Shown: positions 10,733 to 23,072 of the stretch, one piece after another
How the letters are laid out: every line of letters starts with the position of its first letter
Numbering within the stretch: position 1 is the stretch's first letter
DNA from: Anaeramoeba ignava BMAN
Lineage: Eukaryota; Protista; Anaeramoebae
Assembly (NCBI GenBank): GCA_028826165.1
Contig: JAPDFW010000103.1
Span: 124,001-188,000 of the forward strand
DNA length: 64,000 bases
Reading direction: 5' to 3'
Program-made: the position numbers and the translations under genes
Notes under the pieces: model-generated
Database searches by the model: none
What the model saw: the letters and a program-made list of their open reading frames with translations, nothing else
What the model was told of the DNA's origin: nothing

Positions 10733-13670
10733 ATGGCAAAAATTTTTTATATAATTATAACAGCTTTTTTCTTAATATTTGTACAAACAAAATCAATTTA
10801 CATCAACGTGAATACAGGAAGTGATACAACAGGAGATGGGACACAAGGAAATCCATATAAAACCATTAATTTTGGGATTTCAAAAGCAATAACAGGTGAT
10901 TCTCTCCAAATTTCTGAAGGATCTTATTATGAAAATATTATTATGGATAAAGTCGTTTATCTTAATGGATCTGCTACTAATACTCCTAGTGTTTTTGGTA
11001 GTGTTACTTTGGCTTCAAATGTTACTAATTGGTATGGTCAAATTCTTTCTAACCTTAACTTTTACAATACAAGTTATATGCTCATTGTTTCTTCTGTAAA
11101 TTTTTTTTTTCCTTTTTCTTCTCTTTTTTTTTTCTTTTTCTTTTTGTTTTATTTTAAATTTATTTTAAAAAAAAAAATTCCAAAAAATTTGATTTAAGAA
11201 AAAAATTCTTATTTAAATATTTAATTAAAATTCTTATTTAAATATTTAATTAAATTTCTTATTTAAATATTATATTTATATTTATATTTTATTTAAATAT
11301 TTATATTTATATTTATATTTATATTTATATTTATATTTATATTTATATTTATATTTATATTTATATTTATATTTATATTTATATTTATATTTATATTTAT
11401 ATTTATATTTTATATTTATATTTATATTTTATATTTATATATTTATATTTTTATTTATTTTAAATTTATGTTTATTTATATTTTATTTTATTTTTATTTT
11501 ATTTTATATATATTTATATTTATATTTATATTTATATTTATATTTATATTTATATTTATTTTATATTTATATTTTATATTTTATATTTTATATTTATATA
11601 TTTATGTTTATGTTTATATTTATTTATATTTTATATTTATATTTTATGTTTATATTTTTATATTTATGTTTATATTTATATTTATATTTTATATTTATAT
11701 TTGTTATTTTATATATTTATATTTTTATTTTTTATATTTTCATTATTTATATTTATATTTATATTTTATATTTTATTTATATTTATATTTATATTTATAT
11801 TTATATTTATATTTATATTTATATTTATATTTTATGTTTATATTTATATTTATATTTTATATTTATGTTTTATTTATATTTATAATTATATTTATAATTA
11901 TATTTTATATTTATATTTTATATATTATTTTTCATATTTTTATATTTATATTTATATTTATATTTTATATTTATATTTTATGTTTTTATATATTTATATT
12001 TATATTTTATAATTATATTTATAATTATTTATAATTATATTTATATTTTATATTTATATTTCATATTTTATTTATATTTATATTTATATTTTATATTTTA
12101 TTTATATTTATATTTATATTTTATATTTATATTTATATTTATATTTATATTTTTATATTTATATTTTTATATTTATATTTATATTTATATTTATATTTAT
12201 ATTTATATTTATATTGATATTTAAATATTATATTTATATTTATTTAAATATTATATTATATTTATATTTATTTAAATATAATATTTATATTTATTTAAAT
12301 ATAATATTTATATTTATTTAAATATAATATTTATATTTTATTTTAAATATAATATTTATATTTATTTAAATATTATATTTTTATTTATAATCAAAATTTA
12401 TATTTATAATTATATTTATATTTATATTTATATTTATATTTATATTTATATTTATATTTATAATTATATTTATAATTATATTTATATTTATATTTATATT
12501 TATATTTATATTTATATTGATATTTATATTTATATTTATTTAAATATTTATATTTGTTAGGGATTAACATTTAATGGAGTTGTTTTTTATAAAGTTGGAT
12601 TTTTCTTGAATGGAGATATTTCAACTTATAATGCAATCTTTAACTTCAAAGGCTCAGTTGCACTTATACAATCAGGATTAACCTGGCAAAATTGCACATT
12701 CTACACAGGAACATACAAAAATCCAGCAGGAGCATTATTCTCAATTCGAGCAACAGGAGGACCAATGATTTTCGATGGAATTTTAGTTGAAGGATATTCA
12801 CCAGAAGGAATGTCAGCACAAATCAATCTTTGCTGCGATTTCGATACAGTAACAGTCCGCAACTCACGATCACACGGCGGAGGAAACTTCTACATTTGCC
12901 GAGTATCAGGAGTCTCAATTTACAACAATATTTTCGATGGAGGTCCAATTGGAATTTCAGGATGTGATTCAGTTACTATTGAAAATAACTTGTTCAACAA
13001 TACAGGAGACTTCCCAGTATACGGACCAAACCCAGATCCATATCCAGGACACACAGGAGGAGTAGGAATTCTTGGAGTTGATGGTGCAGATCCACAAGTC
13101 AGCGATATCACCATCCAAAACAACTTGTTTGTAGGAAGAATTCGATCTGCTTCCGTTATGGTCAACAGATGGAAAGAAGCTCCAACTCCCGCAACATTCA
13201 ATCATGTTTCGATACAATATAATGATTTCTCGCAAATTGATGATTTCCAAACAAGTTTGATTATTGACTGCAATTTTACTGAAGCTTATATGGATGCTTC
13301 TTATAACTACTGGGGAAGTTATTACGGACCAACTCTTTGTGCTGCTAACACAAGTTGTCCTTATAATCCCTCAAGTCCAAGTCCTCTTCGTGTTCGTGGA
13401 AATGTCAATCTTGGTTCTTGGTATTGTGACTCAACTATGCAGAAAGTAACAACAGATGGTTCTAATTGCGCTGAAAACCCACAACCTGAAACAAGTGCTA
13501 GTGATGACCATTCTCTTGCTGTCGGTCTTGGTGTCGGTATTCCTTTAGGTGTCGCTCTTATTTTCGTCGCAATTTTTGCCGTCTACAAGAAACGAAGAGC
13601 AGACAATTTGAGAAAACAAATTTTCACTTCCTATCAAACTGGTGAATGGACTTCTGTCTTGAATAATTAA
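10733..13670 (+). CDS. Type I membrane protein with DUF1565-like N-terminus and right-handed parallel beta-helix (pectin-lyase-like) ectodomain
   Basis: Signal peptide [19 protein letters not shown]; [23 protein letters not shown] motif; exon 1 10733-11095, phase-0 intron 11096-12560, exon 2 12561-13670 with [16 protein letters not shown] repeats, NYWG motif, and [26 protein letters not shown] followed by KKRR. Confidence 0.8.
11270..12550. repeat. (TATATT)n intronic microsatellite
   Basis: Directly visible; source of the YIFIF-type ORFs. Confidence 0.9.
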
Positions 13671-13939
13671 GTTTGATGGGCTTTTTCTTCTTGTTCACTT
13701 TCTTCTTTTTTTTTCTCTCTTTTTTTTTCCTTTACGAGAAAAGTTCTCTTTCCATTTTTTTTTTTTTACTCTTTTTTTTTTCTTCTTTTTTGATCCATTC
13801 CTTTTTTTTTTCCTTACTTTACTTTCTACTTTTTTTTTGAATGAATCCAAATGAATCAAAATGAACAACAAAAACAAAAACAAAAACAAAAACAAAAACA
13901 AATTTTTTTATTTTCATTTTTTTTTATTTTTTTAAATAA

Positions 13940-16900
13940 ATGAAAAATTCTTTATTAGATTCAAAATTAATTAATCAAGAAATTACAGAAATTGAATCTA
14001 ATTTACAAGAAGAATTAGCAATAAACGAAGCAATGGAAACTGTTAGAGAAAATGAATCAACAGATTATATTGCTTCAATTTATGGACCAGCTGAATCAGT
14101 TCCTTCAATTCCTTTTTATGATAAAAATGCTATTCCAAGAGCGAGTATTCGAGAATTAAAAGAAAATCAACCTTTTAATCAATCTGATGTGAATAGTTTT
14201 CTTTTAATTTTAATTTCTATTTTAAATTTTTATTATCCAACAAATCAACATTTATTTACAATTTTGATCTTGAAAAAAATTTTTAAAGGAAAAACATTGG
14301 AGTATCCAACATAAATTCAAATATAAATTTATAATATAAATTTATAATATTATTTATAATATTAATTATAAAATTATTTATAATATTAAATATAATATTA
14401 ATTATAATATTAATTATAATATTAATTATAATATTAATATATAAATATATTAATATAAATTAAATAGGGTAATAATAAATATTAATTTAATAATATAATA
14501 TTAATTATAAAATTATTTATAAAATTAAATATATAAATTAATTAATATATAAATTAAATATTAATATTAAATATTAATATATAAATAAATATTAAATATA
14601 ATATTAATTATAATATTAATTATAATATTAATTATAATATTAATTATAATATTAATTATAATATTAATTATAATATTAATTATAATATTAATTATAATAT
14701 TAATTATAACTATTAATTATAATATTAATTATAATAAGTTATTATTTATAATATTAATTATAATATTAATTATAATATTAATTATAATATTAATTATAAT
14801 ATTAATTATAATATTAATTATAATATTAATTATAATATTAATTATAATATTAATTATAATATTAATTATAATATTAATTATAATATTAATTATAATATTA
14901 ATTATAATATTAATTATAATATTAATTATAATATTAATTATAATATTTATAAAATTAAAAATAAAATTATTGATAAAGGCTCAAAAACCAGAAGAAAAAA
15001 GAGGATATAATTTTGGAATGGGAGTTGGAGTAATAGTACGATGTATTGTAAGTATCATTGGTGTAATTTACTTTCTGCGACTTGGATATGTAGTAGGTTA
15101 TGCAGGAACAGGATTATCAATTGTAATCATTGTAATATCAACAACGGTAACAATAATCACAACATTATCACTCTCAGCAATATCATCGAATGGGAGAATC
15201 AAAGCAGGAGGAGCCTATTTTGTGATTTCACGTTCATTAGGACCAGCCTATGGTGGTTCTATTGGCTTAATAACATCAATGGCACTGTCTGTTAGTGTTG
15301 GACTCTATGCAATCGGTCTTGCAGAATCGATTGTTGACTACTCAGGATTGGTCATATTCTCATCGTTTTATGCAGAGAGGTTGTTTTGGGGTTGGATCTG
15401 TTTGACAATCATGTTTATTTCCATTCTTAAAGGTCTTGGACTTGTTATTAAAATACAAGTGGCGCTTCTTATTGTATTGATAATTTCTATTCTTTTTATT
15501 TTTATCGGAAGTTTCACTAAAGATTATTCAAGATCAGTTTTTTCCGATAATTGGGGTCCTTCTTTTACTGCCAAAAAAAACTTCTTTTATATTTTTTCTC
15601 TTTTTTTTCCTGCAGTTATAGGTATAATATTTAAAATCTATTCAATATATTCAATATATTCAAAATATTTAATATATTCAAAATATTCAATATATTCAAA
15701 ATATTCAATATATTTAATATATTCAATATATTTAATATATATTTAAAATATATTGAATATATTCAAAATATTCAAAATATTCAATATATTCAAAATATTC
15801 AAAAATATATTCAAAATATTCAAAATATTCAATATATTCAAAATATTTAATATATTTAATATATTCAATATATTCATAATATTTAATATATTCAAAATAT
15901 TTAAAATATTCAAAAATATTCAATATATTTAATATATTTAAAATATTTAAAATATTCAATATATTCAAAATATTTAAAATATTCAAAAATATTCAATATA
16001 TTTAATAAATTTAAAAATCTATTCAAAATATTTTAAAATATTTAATATATTCAAAAATATTCTCAATATATTATTAAAATATTCAATATATTCTAAATAT
16101 TTAATATATTCAATATATATTTAAAATATATTCAATATATTCAAAAATATTTAAAATATTTAATATATTCAAAATATTCAATATATTCAAAATATTCAAA
16201 ATATATTCAAAATATTCAAAAATATTCAATATATTCAAAATATTCAAAATATATTCAAAATATTCAAAAATATTCAATATATTCAAAATATTCAATATAT
16301 TTAAAATATTCAAAAATATTCAAAATATTCAATATATTCAAAATATTCTCAAAATATTCAAAATATTCTCAATATATTCAAAATATTTAAAATATTCAAT
16401 ATATTCAAAATATTCAAAATATTCAAAATATTCAAAATATTCAAAATATTCAAAATATTCAAAATATTTAATATATTTAAAATATTCAAAATATTCAATA
16501 TATTCAATATATTCAATATATTCAAAATATTTAATATATTTAAAATATTCAAAATATTCTCCTCTTTCTTTTGTAAAAAAAAAGGTATCTTGGCAGGAAC
16601 AAATATTTCTGGAGATCTAAAATCTCCACAAACAGCAATTCCTGTAGGAACTCTATTTTCAGTAATTTCAACAAGTATTCTTTATATAATAACAACACTT
16701 GTTCTTGGGGCAGTTGTTCCACGCTCAGGAAAAGAAGGACTAAAAGAAAACTACTTTATTCTCAAAGATATATCTTTGTGGAAACCTCTTGCATATGTGG
16801 GATTATTTGCAGCAGCAATCAGCTCATCTTTGGCATCTTTCATGGCTGGACCGAAGATTTTCCAAGCACTTTGCGCAGATCGATTATTTCCAAAAATATT

Positions 16901-19624
16901 TAATTTCTTCGGAAAGGGAAGCGGAAACAAAAACGAGCCCAGAAGAGCATACGCACTCGCTTATTTGGTTGCACTTCTTTCGATTCTCTTTGGCGATATC
17001 AATACAATTGCACCTTTTACAACAGCCTTTTTTTTACTCACATTTGCGCTCATGAATTGGGCATGTTTTCAAGCATCTATCGCTCATTTACCCAACTTTA
17101 GACCCTCTTTCAAATACTATCATCCTTATCTTGCTCTCTTCGGAACTATTCTATGTCTCGTTGTTATGTTTATTATAAAATGGGTCTCTGCATTAGTTGC
17201 ATTGGTTGCAATTTATGCAATTTATAAATATCTTGATTTGAAAAAATTGGATGTTAATTGGGGTTCATCTGAAGATGCAATGCTTTATATAAAGGTTCTC
17301 GATTCCTTAGTCACATTCGGCAATCTGAGATATCATGTCAAGACTTTTCGTCCAGGATATATTTTCATCTCTCCTTATCATCCCCTTTCTTTACAAAATC
17401 ATCCAATTATCACTTTGTTTTCTGAATCGCTTAAAAAAGGAAAAGGTCTTCTTGTTTCTAGTCAGATATTAATTAATAATGATCCTGAAAATTCCATTGA
17501 TTTGGGAGATATAATCCAAAAAAGACATGAATTTATTCATCAAACACATTCAAATTCAATCAAACTTTTTTATGATATTACTCCTGCTAACTCTTTTTTC
17601 GAAGGAGCTCAAAATATACTTTTTTTAACTGGAATAGGTACTTTTAGACCAAATATACTTGTTTTGGATTTTCTTAAAACTTGGAATGAAGAAGAGAAAG
17701 AGTCAACAGAAATAGTTGAAAAAAGTGAAGATGATGAGGATGATGAGGATGATGAAAATAAAAATCAAAATGAAAATCAAAATGTGAATCCAAATTTAAA
17801 TCAAAATCAAAATCAAAATCAAAATCAAAATCAAAATCAAAATCAATTTGAATTTGAATTTGAATTTGAAAATAATAATGAAAATAATGAAAATAATCAA
17901 AATAATGAAAATCAATATCAAAATGAAAATAATCAAAATAATCAAAATAATCAAAATAATGAAAATAACGAAAATAATGAAAATAATGAAAATATAAATC
18001 AAAATGAATATCAAAATGAATATCAAAATGAAAATATAAATCAAAATGAAAATATAAATCAAAATGAAAATATAAATCAAAATGAAAATATAAATCAAAA
18101 TGAATATCAAAATGAATATCAAAATGAAAATGAATATCAAAATGTAGATATAAATCAAAATGAAAAATAAATCAAAATGTAAATATAAATCAAAATGAAA
18201 ATATAAATGAAAATATAAATGAAAATGAATATCAAAATGAATATCAAGATTCCATTTTCGATTTTCAAACTGTCACTGATTTTTCTAGTTTCGAATATGA
18301 AAACAACCCAAAATCAATTCCAACACAAAACCAAAATCAAAATCAAAATCAAAATCAAAATCAAAATCAAAATAATAATCAAAATAATCAAAATCGAAAG
18401 AAAATTAATCGCCAAAATTCAGATTTTTGGGATTTCGATCTTTCAGATAATAATAATAAAACTCAACAAGAAATTAAATTGGAAAAAGAAATTGAATATT
18501 CGAAAAAACAAATTAGTGAACAAAATTATTCTGATAAACAACTCGAATTAATTTCGAACAACGAAAACGATAATACAAGCGAAATGCTAGATGATAAAAT
18601 ATCTGGATATGGGTTTAAAACTGATAATAACAATAATAACAATAATAACAATTCAGAATTTTTTAGGGATTCGAAAAGGTTTAGAAAACTACAAAATTCT
18701 CAACATCTTTCAAATATTTTTGATTCAAATCTCATTTCTGTAAATGAACCATCTCAATCAAGTTTAAGTATGGAAGAAATTGATTTTGAAGTTCAAGAAC
18801 AACAACAAGAACAAGAAAAACACGAAGAACAAGAAAAAGAAAAAGAATCCATTCAAAAAATAGGATGTTTTGGATCAAAATCTAAAAAAAACAAAAACAA
18901 AAAACAAAACGAAGAAAATCAATCGATATTTTCAACTCGAAAAATGAATATTCGAGATTTCCTTAAAAAAAACGAGGATTTAGAAGATTTGAACATAGAA
19001 AGCAATTTCAAAGAATCAAAAATTTCAGTGGGAGAATATGTAGATTTGATTTCTTTAGCATTTGATCTTTCGTATGGAATAATAATTCCAAAGGGAATCG
19101 AAAACATTGATTTTGAGAAGAATTATAAAGGAAATATTGATATTTGGTGGCTTTCTGATGAAGGTGGATTGACATTATTAATCCCGTATTTATTATCCAA
19201 AAATAGCAAATGGGAAAAATGCACATTAAGAGTTTTTTCATCAACAATAAGTCAAAACTTTGTCGACAACACAAAAGTAGTTTTAAATATGGATAAACTT
19301 CTCAAAGAATTGCGAATTCCGGCGCGAATTGAATTTATCCAAGGTCTCAATAAGAAACCGACAAGAGAAGCTTGGAGTAAATGGAAATCTTATGGTGTTC
19401 CTCCAGGAGACCAAATCCAACAAACTTATATCTTTATTAATCTTTATGAAAGTTTATTGCAACATTCTCAAAAATCTGATTTTGTTGTTGTTACTTTACC
19501 TTTCCCTAATAAATTTGTTGATCCTAAATTGTTTATGAGTTGGTTGGATTTGCTTAGTAAAGATATGCCTCCTTTGCTTTTTATTAGAGGAAATCAAAGA
19601 AATGTTTTGACATTTTATATGTAA
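13940..19624 (+). CDS. SLC12 family cation-chloride cotransporter (NKCC/KCC/CCC-like)
   Basis: Motifs SAISSNGRIKAGGAYFVISRSLGPAYGGSIG, FFPAVIG|ILAGTNISGDLKSPQTAIPVGT, PNFRPSFKYY, VNWGSS, HVKTFRP, IDIWWLSDEGGLTLLIPYLL, IRGNQRNVLTFY. Introns within about 14189/14196-14978 and at 15622-16583; 1-nt frameshift near 18168 in an N/Q/E tract. Confidence 0.92.
14330..14950. repeat. (TATAATATTAAT)n intronic repeat
   Basis: Directly visible 12-mer array. Confidence 0.85.
15640..16556. repeat. (AATATTCAA)n-type intronic repeat
   Basis: Directly visible 9-mer array; produces ILN-repeat ORFs on the minus strand. Confidence 0.9.
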
Positions 19625-20295
19625 TAGCATATTAAAAAAAATGTCAAAAAGTTTAAAAAGCAAATTGATATTTTTTATTTAGAAATAAAATTATTTCATT
19701 TTAAACAATTATTCTATTTTTTATATTTATAAATTTATTCCACTTTTTAATAATTCCACTTTTTAAATTTATATCAATTATTTTATTATTTATAAATAAT
19801 CCATTTTTTAATAATTCCACTTTTTAAATTTATATCAATTATTTTATTATTTACTTAAATTTATTCCACTTTTCAATTATTTTTATTATTTTTATCCAAA
19901 TTTATTTTTTTTAAATTTATATTCATAAATTATTTTTTTAAATTTTATAAATTTATTCCACTTTTTAAATTTATATCAATTATTTTATTATTTATAAATT
20001 ATTCCACTTTTTAAATTTATATCAATTATTTTATTATTTATCAATTTATTCTATTTTTAAATTTATTCCACTTTTTAAATTTATATCAATTATTCTATTA
20101 TTTATCAAGTAATCCATATTTTTCTTTGTAATTTTTATTTTAGATTTTTTGATTTATTTATTTTTTTTTTTTAAATAAAATGAATAAAAAGAAAAAAAAT
20201 TTTTTTTTTAATTAATTTTTTTTTTCATTTTTTTTCATTCTTTTTCTTTTAAAAAAAAAAATATTAAATAAATAAAATAAAATAAAATAAAAAGA

Positions 20296-22977
20296 ATGTC
20301 TGATAAAAAAAATAAACAAAAACCACAAAATTCACAAAAAGAAGTTAATTCACAACAAAAACCAACAAAAAATCAAACAAAACAACAAGCACAACAAACA
20401 AAAGGAAAAGGAAAAGGAAAAACAAAAGGAAATGAAGAAGTAAAACAAGAAGAAGAATCAATTTATAAAAAAGCAATTAATCAATTACAAAAGGAAATGA
20501 GTTCAATAATTGAACCTCTAAATCCTTCAAAATCTGAGTTTGATGAAGCAAGATTTCAACTAAAAAATGAATCAAGAAAATTTCAAGCTGATATTGTAAA
20601 TCAAATCCAAATTCATTTATAAAATTAAAATTCATTTATAAAATTCATTTATAAAATTAAAATTAAAATTAAAATCAAAATTAAAATTCATTTATAAAAT
20701 TAAAATTAAAATTAAAATTAAAATTCATTTATAAAATTAAAATTAAAATTAAAATTCATTTATAAAATTAAAATTCATTTATAAAATTTAAATTAAAATT
20801 AAAATTAAAATTCATTTATAAAATTTAAATTAAAATTAAAATTAAAATTCATTTATAAAATTAATATTAAAATTCATTTATAAAATTCATTTATAAAATT
20901 AAAATTAAAATTAATATTCAAATTAAAATTCATTTATAAAATTAAAATTAAAATTAAAATTCATTTATAAAATTAAAATTAAAAATAAAAATTAAAAATA
21001 AAATTAAAATTAAAATTAAAAATAAAATTAAAAATAAAATTAAAATTCATTTATAAAATTAAAATTAAAATTAAAATTCATTTATAAAATTAAAATTAAA
21101 ATTAATATCAAAATTAAAATTAAAATTCATTTATAAAATTAAAATTAAAATTAATATTAAAATTAATATTAAAATTAAAATTAAAATTCATTTATAAAAT
21201 TAAAATTAAAAATAAAATTAAAAATAAAATTAAAATTCATTTATAAAATTAAAATTCATTTATAAAATTAAAATTCAAATTAAAATTAAAATTAAAATTC
21301 ATTTATAAAATTAAAATTAAAATTCATTTACAAAATTCATTTATAAAATTAATTTATAAAATTTAAATTTATTAAGAGAACTCAATATGACCAAATTGAT
21401 AAACATACTTATATGCTTACAAACGTTCTCGATAAAAAAAAACATGCTTTTGAGAAATTAAAACAATTAAATGAAGAATTAAGATTAGAAAGAGATAAAA
21501 AAAATAAAATTGCAGAAAAAATAAAAACAACAAAAGAAGAAGTTGAACAAAAAAAGGAAGAAATTAAAAAATTAAAAGAAAATCTACGTTTTAAAGATGA
21601 AAAAGAAATTCAAAGAGAAATTGCTAAAATTGAACATAGAATTGAAGAAAGAATACATTCTCTAAATGAAGAAAAACAATTACTTTCACAAATTAATACT
21701 ATTCGTTCTAAACAATCTCAATTCAAGTATTTCATGTTCAAATAAAAAATTTAAATTAAAAAAATTCAAATTAAAAAAAATTTAAATAAAAAATATAGCA
21801 ATTTAGATAAATTTTATATCGAAATTGATGAAGATAGAGACTTCATTTCTAAACTTTATGAAAGATTGAAACTTCAAGAAAAAGTTGTTTCTCATTTCCG
21901 TGATAAAAGAGATATTCAAAGAACTGCTGTTCAAAAGATTCTTCAAGAAAGAGATGAAATTAATAGCAAAATTGAGGAATCAAAACAAAAACTCAGTAAT
22001 TTCTTTTCTATCAGTTTTCCTTTTTCCAAATTTCCTTTTAATCAACTCGTTTTCTTTCTTTTTTTTATTGATAAGAATCTCTTCAAGATGAACTCAATGA
22101 AGTTCAAAAAAAACAAAAGGAACTTTCAGATGATTTCGATAAAAAGAAAAAAGAACATGATGATTGGAATCAAAAAATTCAAGAAATAAAAGATAAAATC
22201 GAAGAAAAATATAAAGAAGAAGAAGAGGAAGAACAAAGAAAAATTAGAGAAGAAATGTTAGTTTCCAAAAATACAAATTTAAAAAAAATTCAAAAACATG
22301 AAATTCAAAAAAATTCAAAAACATGAAATTTAAAAAAAATATATTTATATATTTATATATTTAGAGAAAAAGATTTAAAATTGGTTGTTCCTTGGGAAGA
22401 AGAAATCAATATATGCAAAAATCTTATTCAATACTTTTTACCAAAAGCACAATCACTAGCAGCAAAACGAACAACAACAGAAACACCAAAACAACAAGAA
22501 ACAGAAAAAGAACAAAATCCAAAAGAATCCAAAGACGAAATTTTCAAACAAATCGAAATTGGAGAATTAACAATTCACAAAAAAGCAACACAACCAAATC
22601 AATCATTTTCATTTGGAAAAGAATCAGAAAAAGATAAAAAAAAAGTTAAACCAAAAAAATTTCACAAAACTCAAAGTATTGATGAAACAACAATTACAAT
22701 TCCAATTGCGCTTCTTCAAGATCTTGAAAAATTAGGAATTGATCCTCCTTTATTTCTGAAAGATGTTCCAGATACAATTTCAAAATTACGAGAGAAAATT
22801 CAATATTTCCAATCAACTCCTCAAGAAAAACCTCATTTTCAAAGAAAAAATCCACAAAATGTTTCTCGTTTTAGACATTTTAATAAATCTAATTCCCAAC
22901 AGAATTCAAGATCTAATTTCCAAAAAAGCCGTTTTAATCCAAAACGAACTAATTTTCCTGATCTTCGAAACAATTAA
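20296..22977 (+). CDS. Coiled-coil protein, BFR1 / proton-pump-interactor-like
   Basis: Multi-exon (20296-, 21376-, 21799-, 22077-, 22365-; boundaries approximate). SLNEEKQLLSQI, PWEEEINICKNLIQYF and LLQDLEKLGIDPPLFLKDVPDTISKLREKIQYF resemble the BFR1/PPI family from memory. Confidence 0.6.
20610..21360. repeat. (TAAAAT)n / TTCATTTATAAAA intronic repeat
   Basis: Directly visible. Confidence 0.85.
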
Positions 22978-23072
22978 AATTTCAAATTAAAATTTCAAAA
23001 TTAAAATTAAAAGAATTTTTTTTAAATAATTTCATTCTTAAATTCAAAATAAAAAAATAATTCTTTTTTTTT

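Noticed and set aside
9968-16552. ORFs made of IIKL, YIFIF and ILN repeats
   Set aside because: Translations of simple repeats in introns or intergenic DNA.
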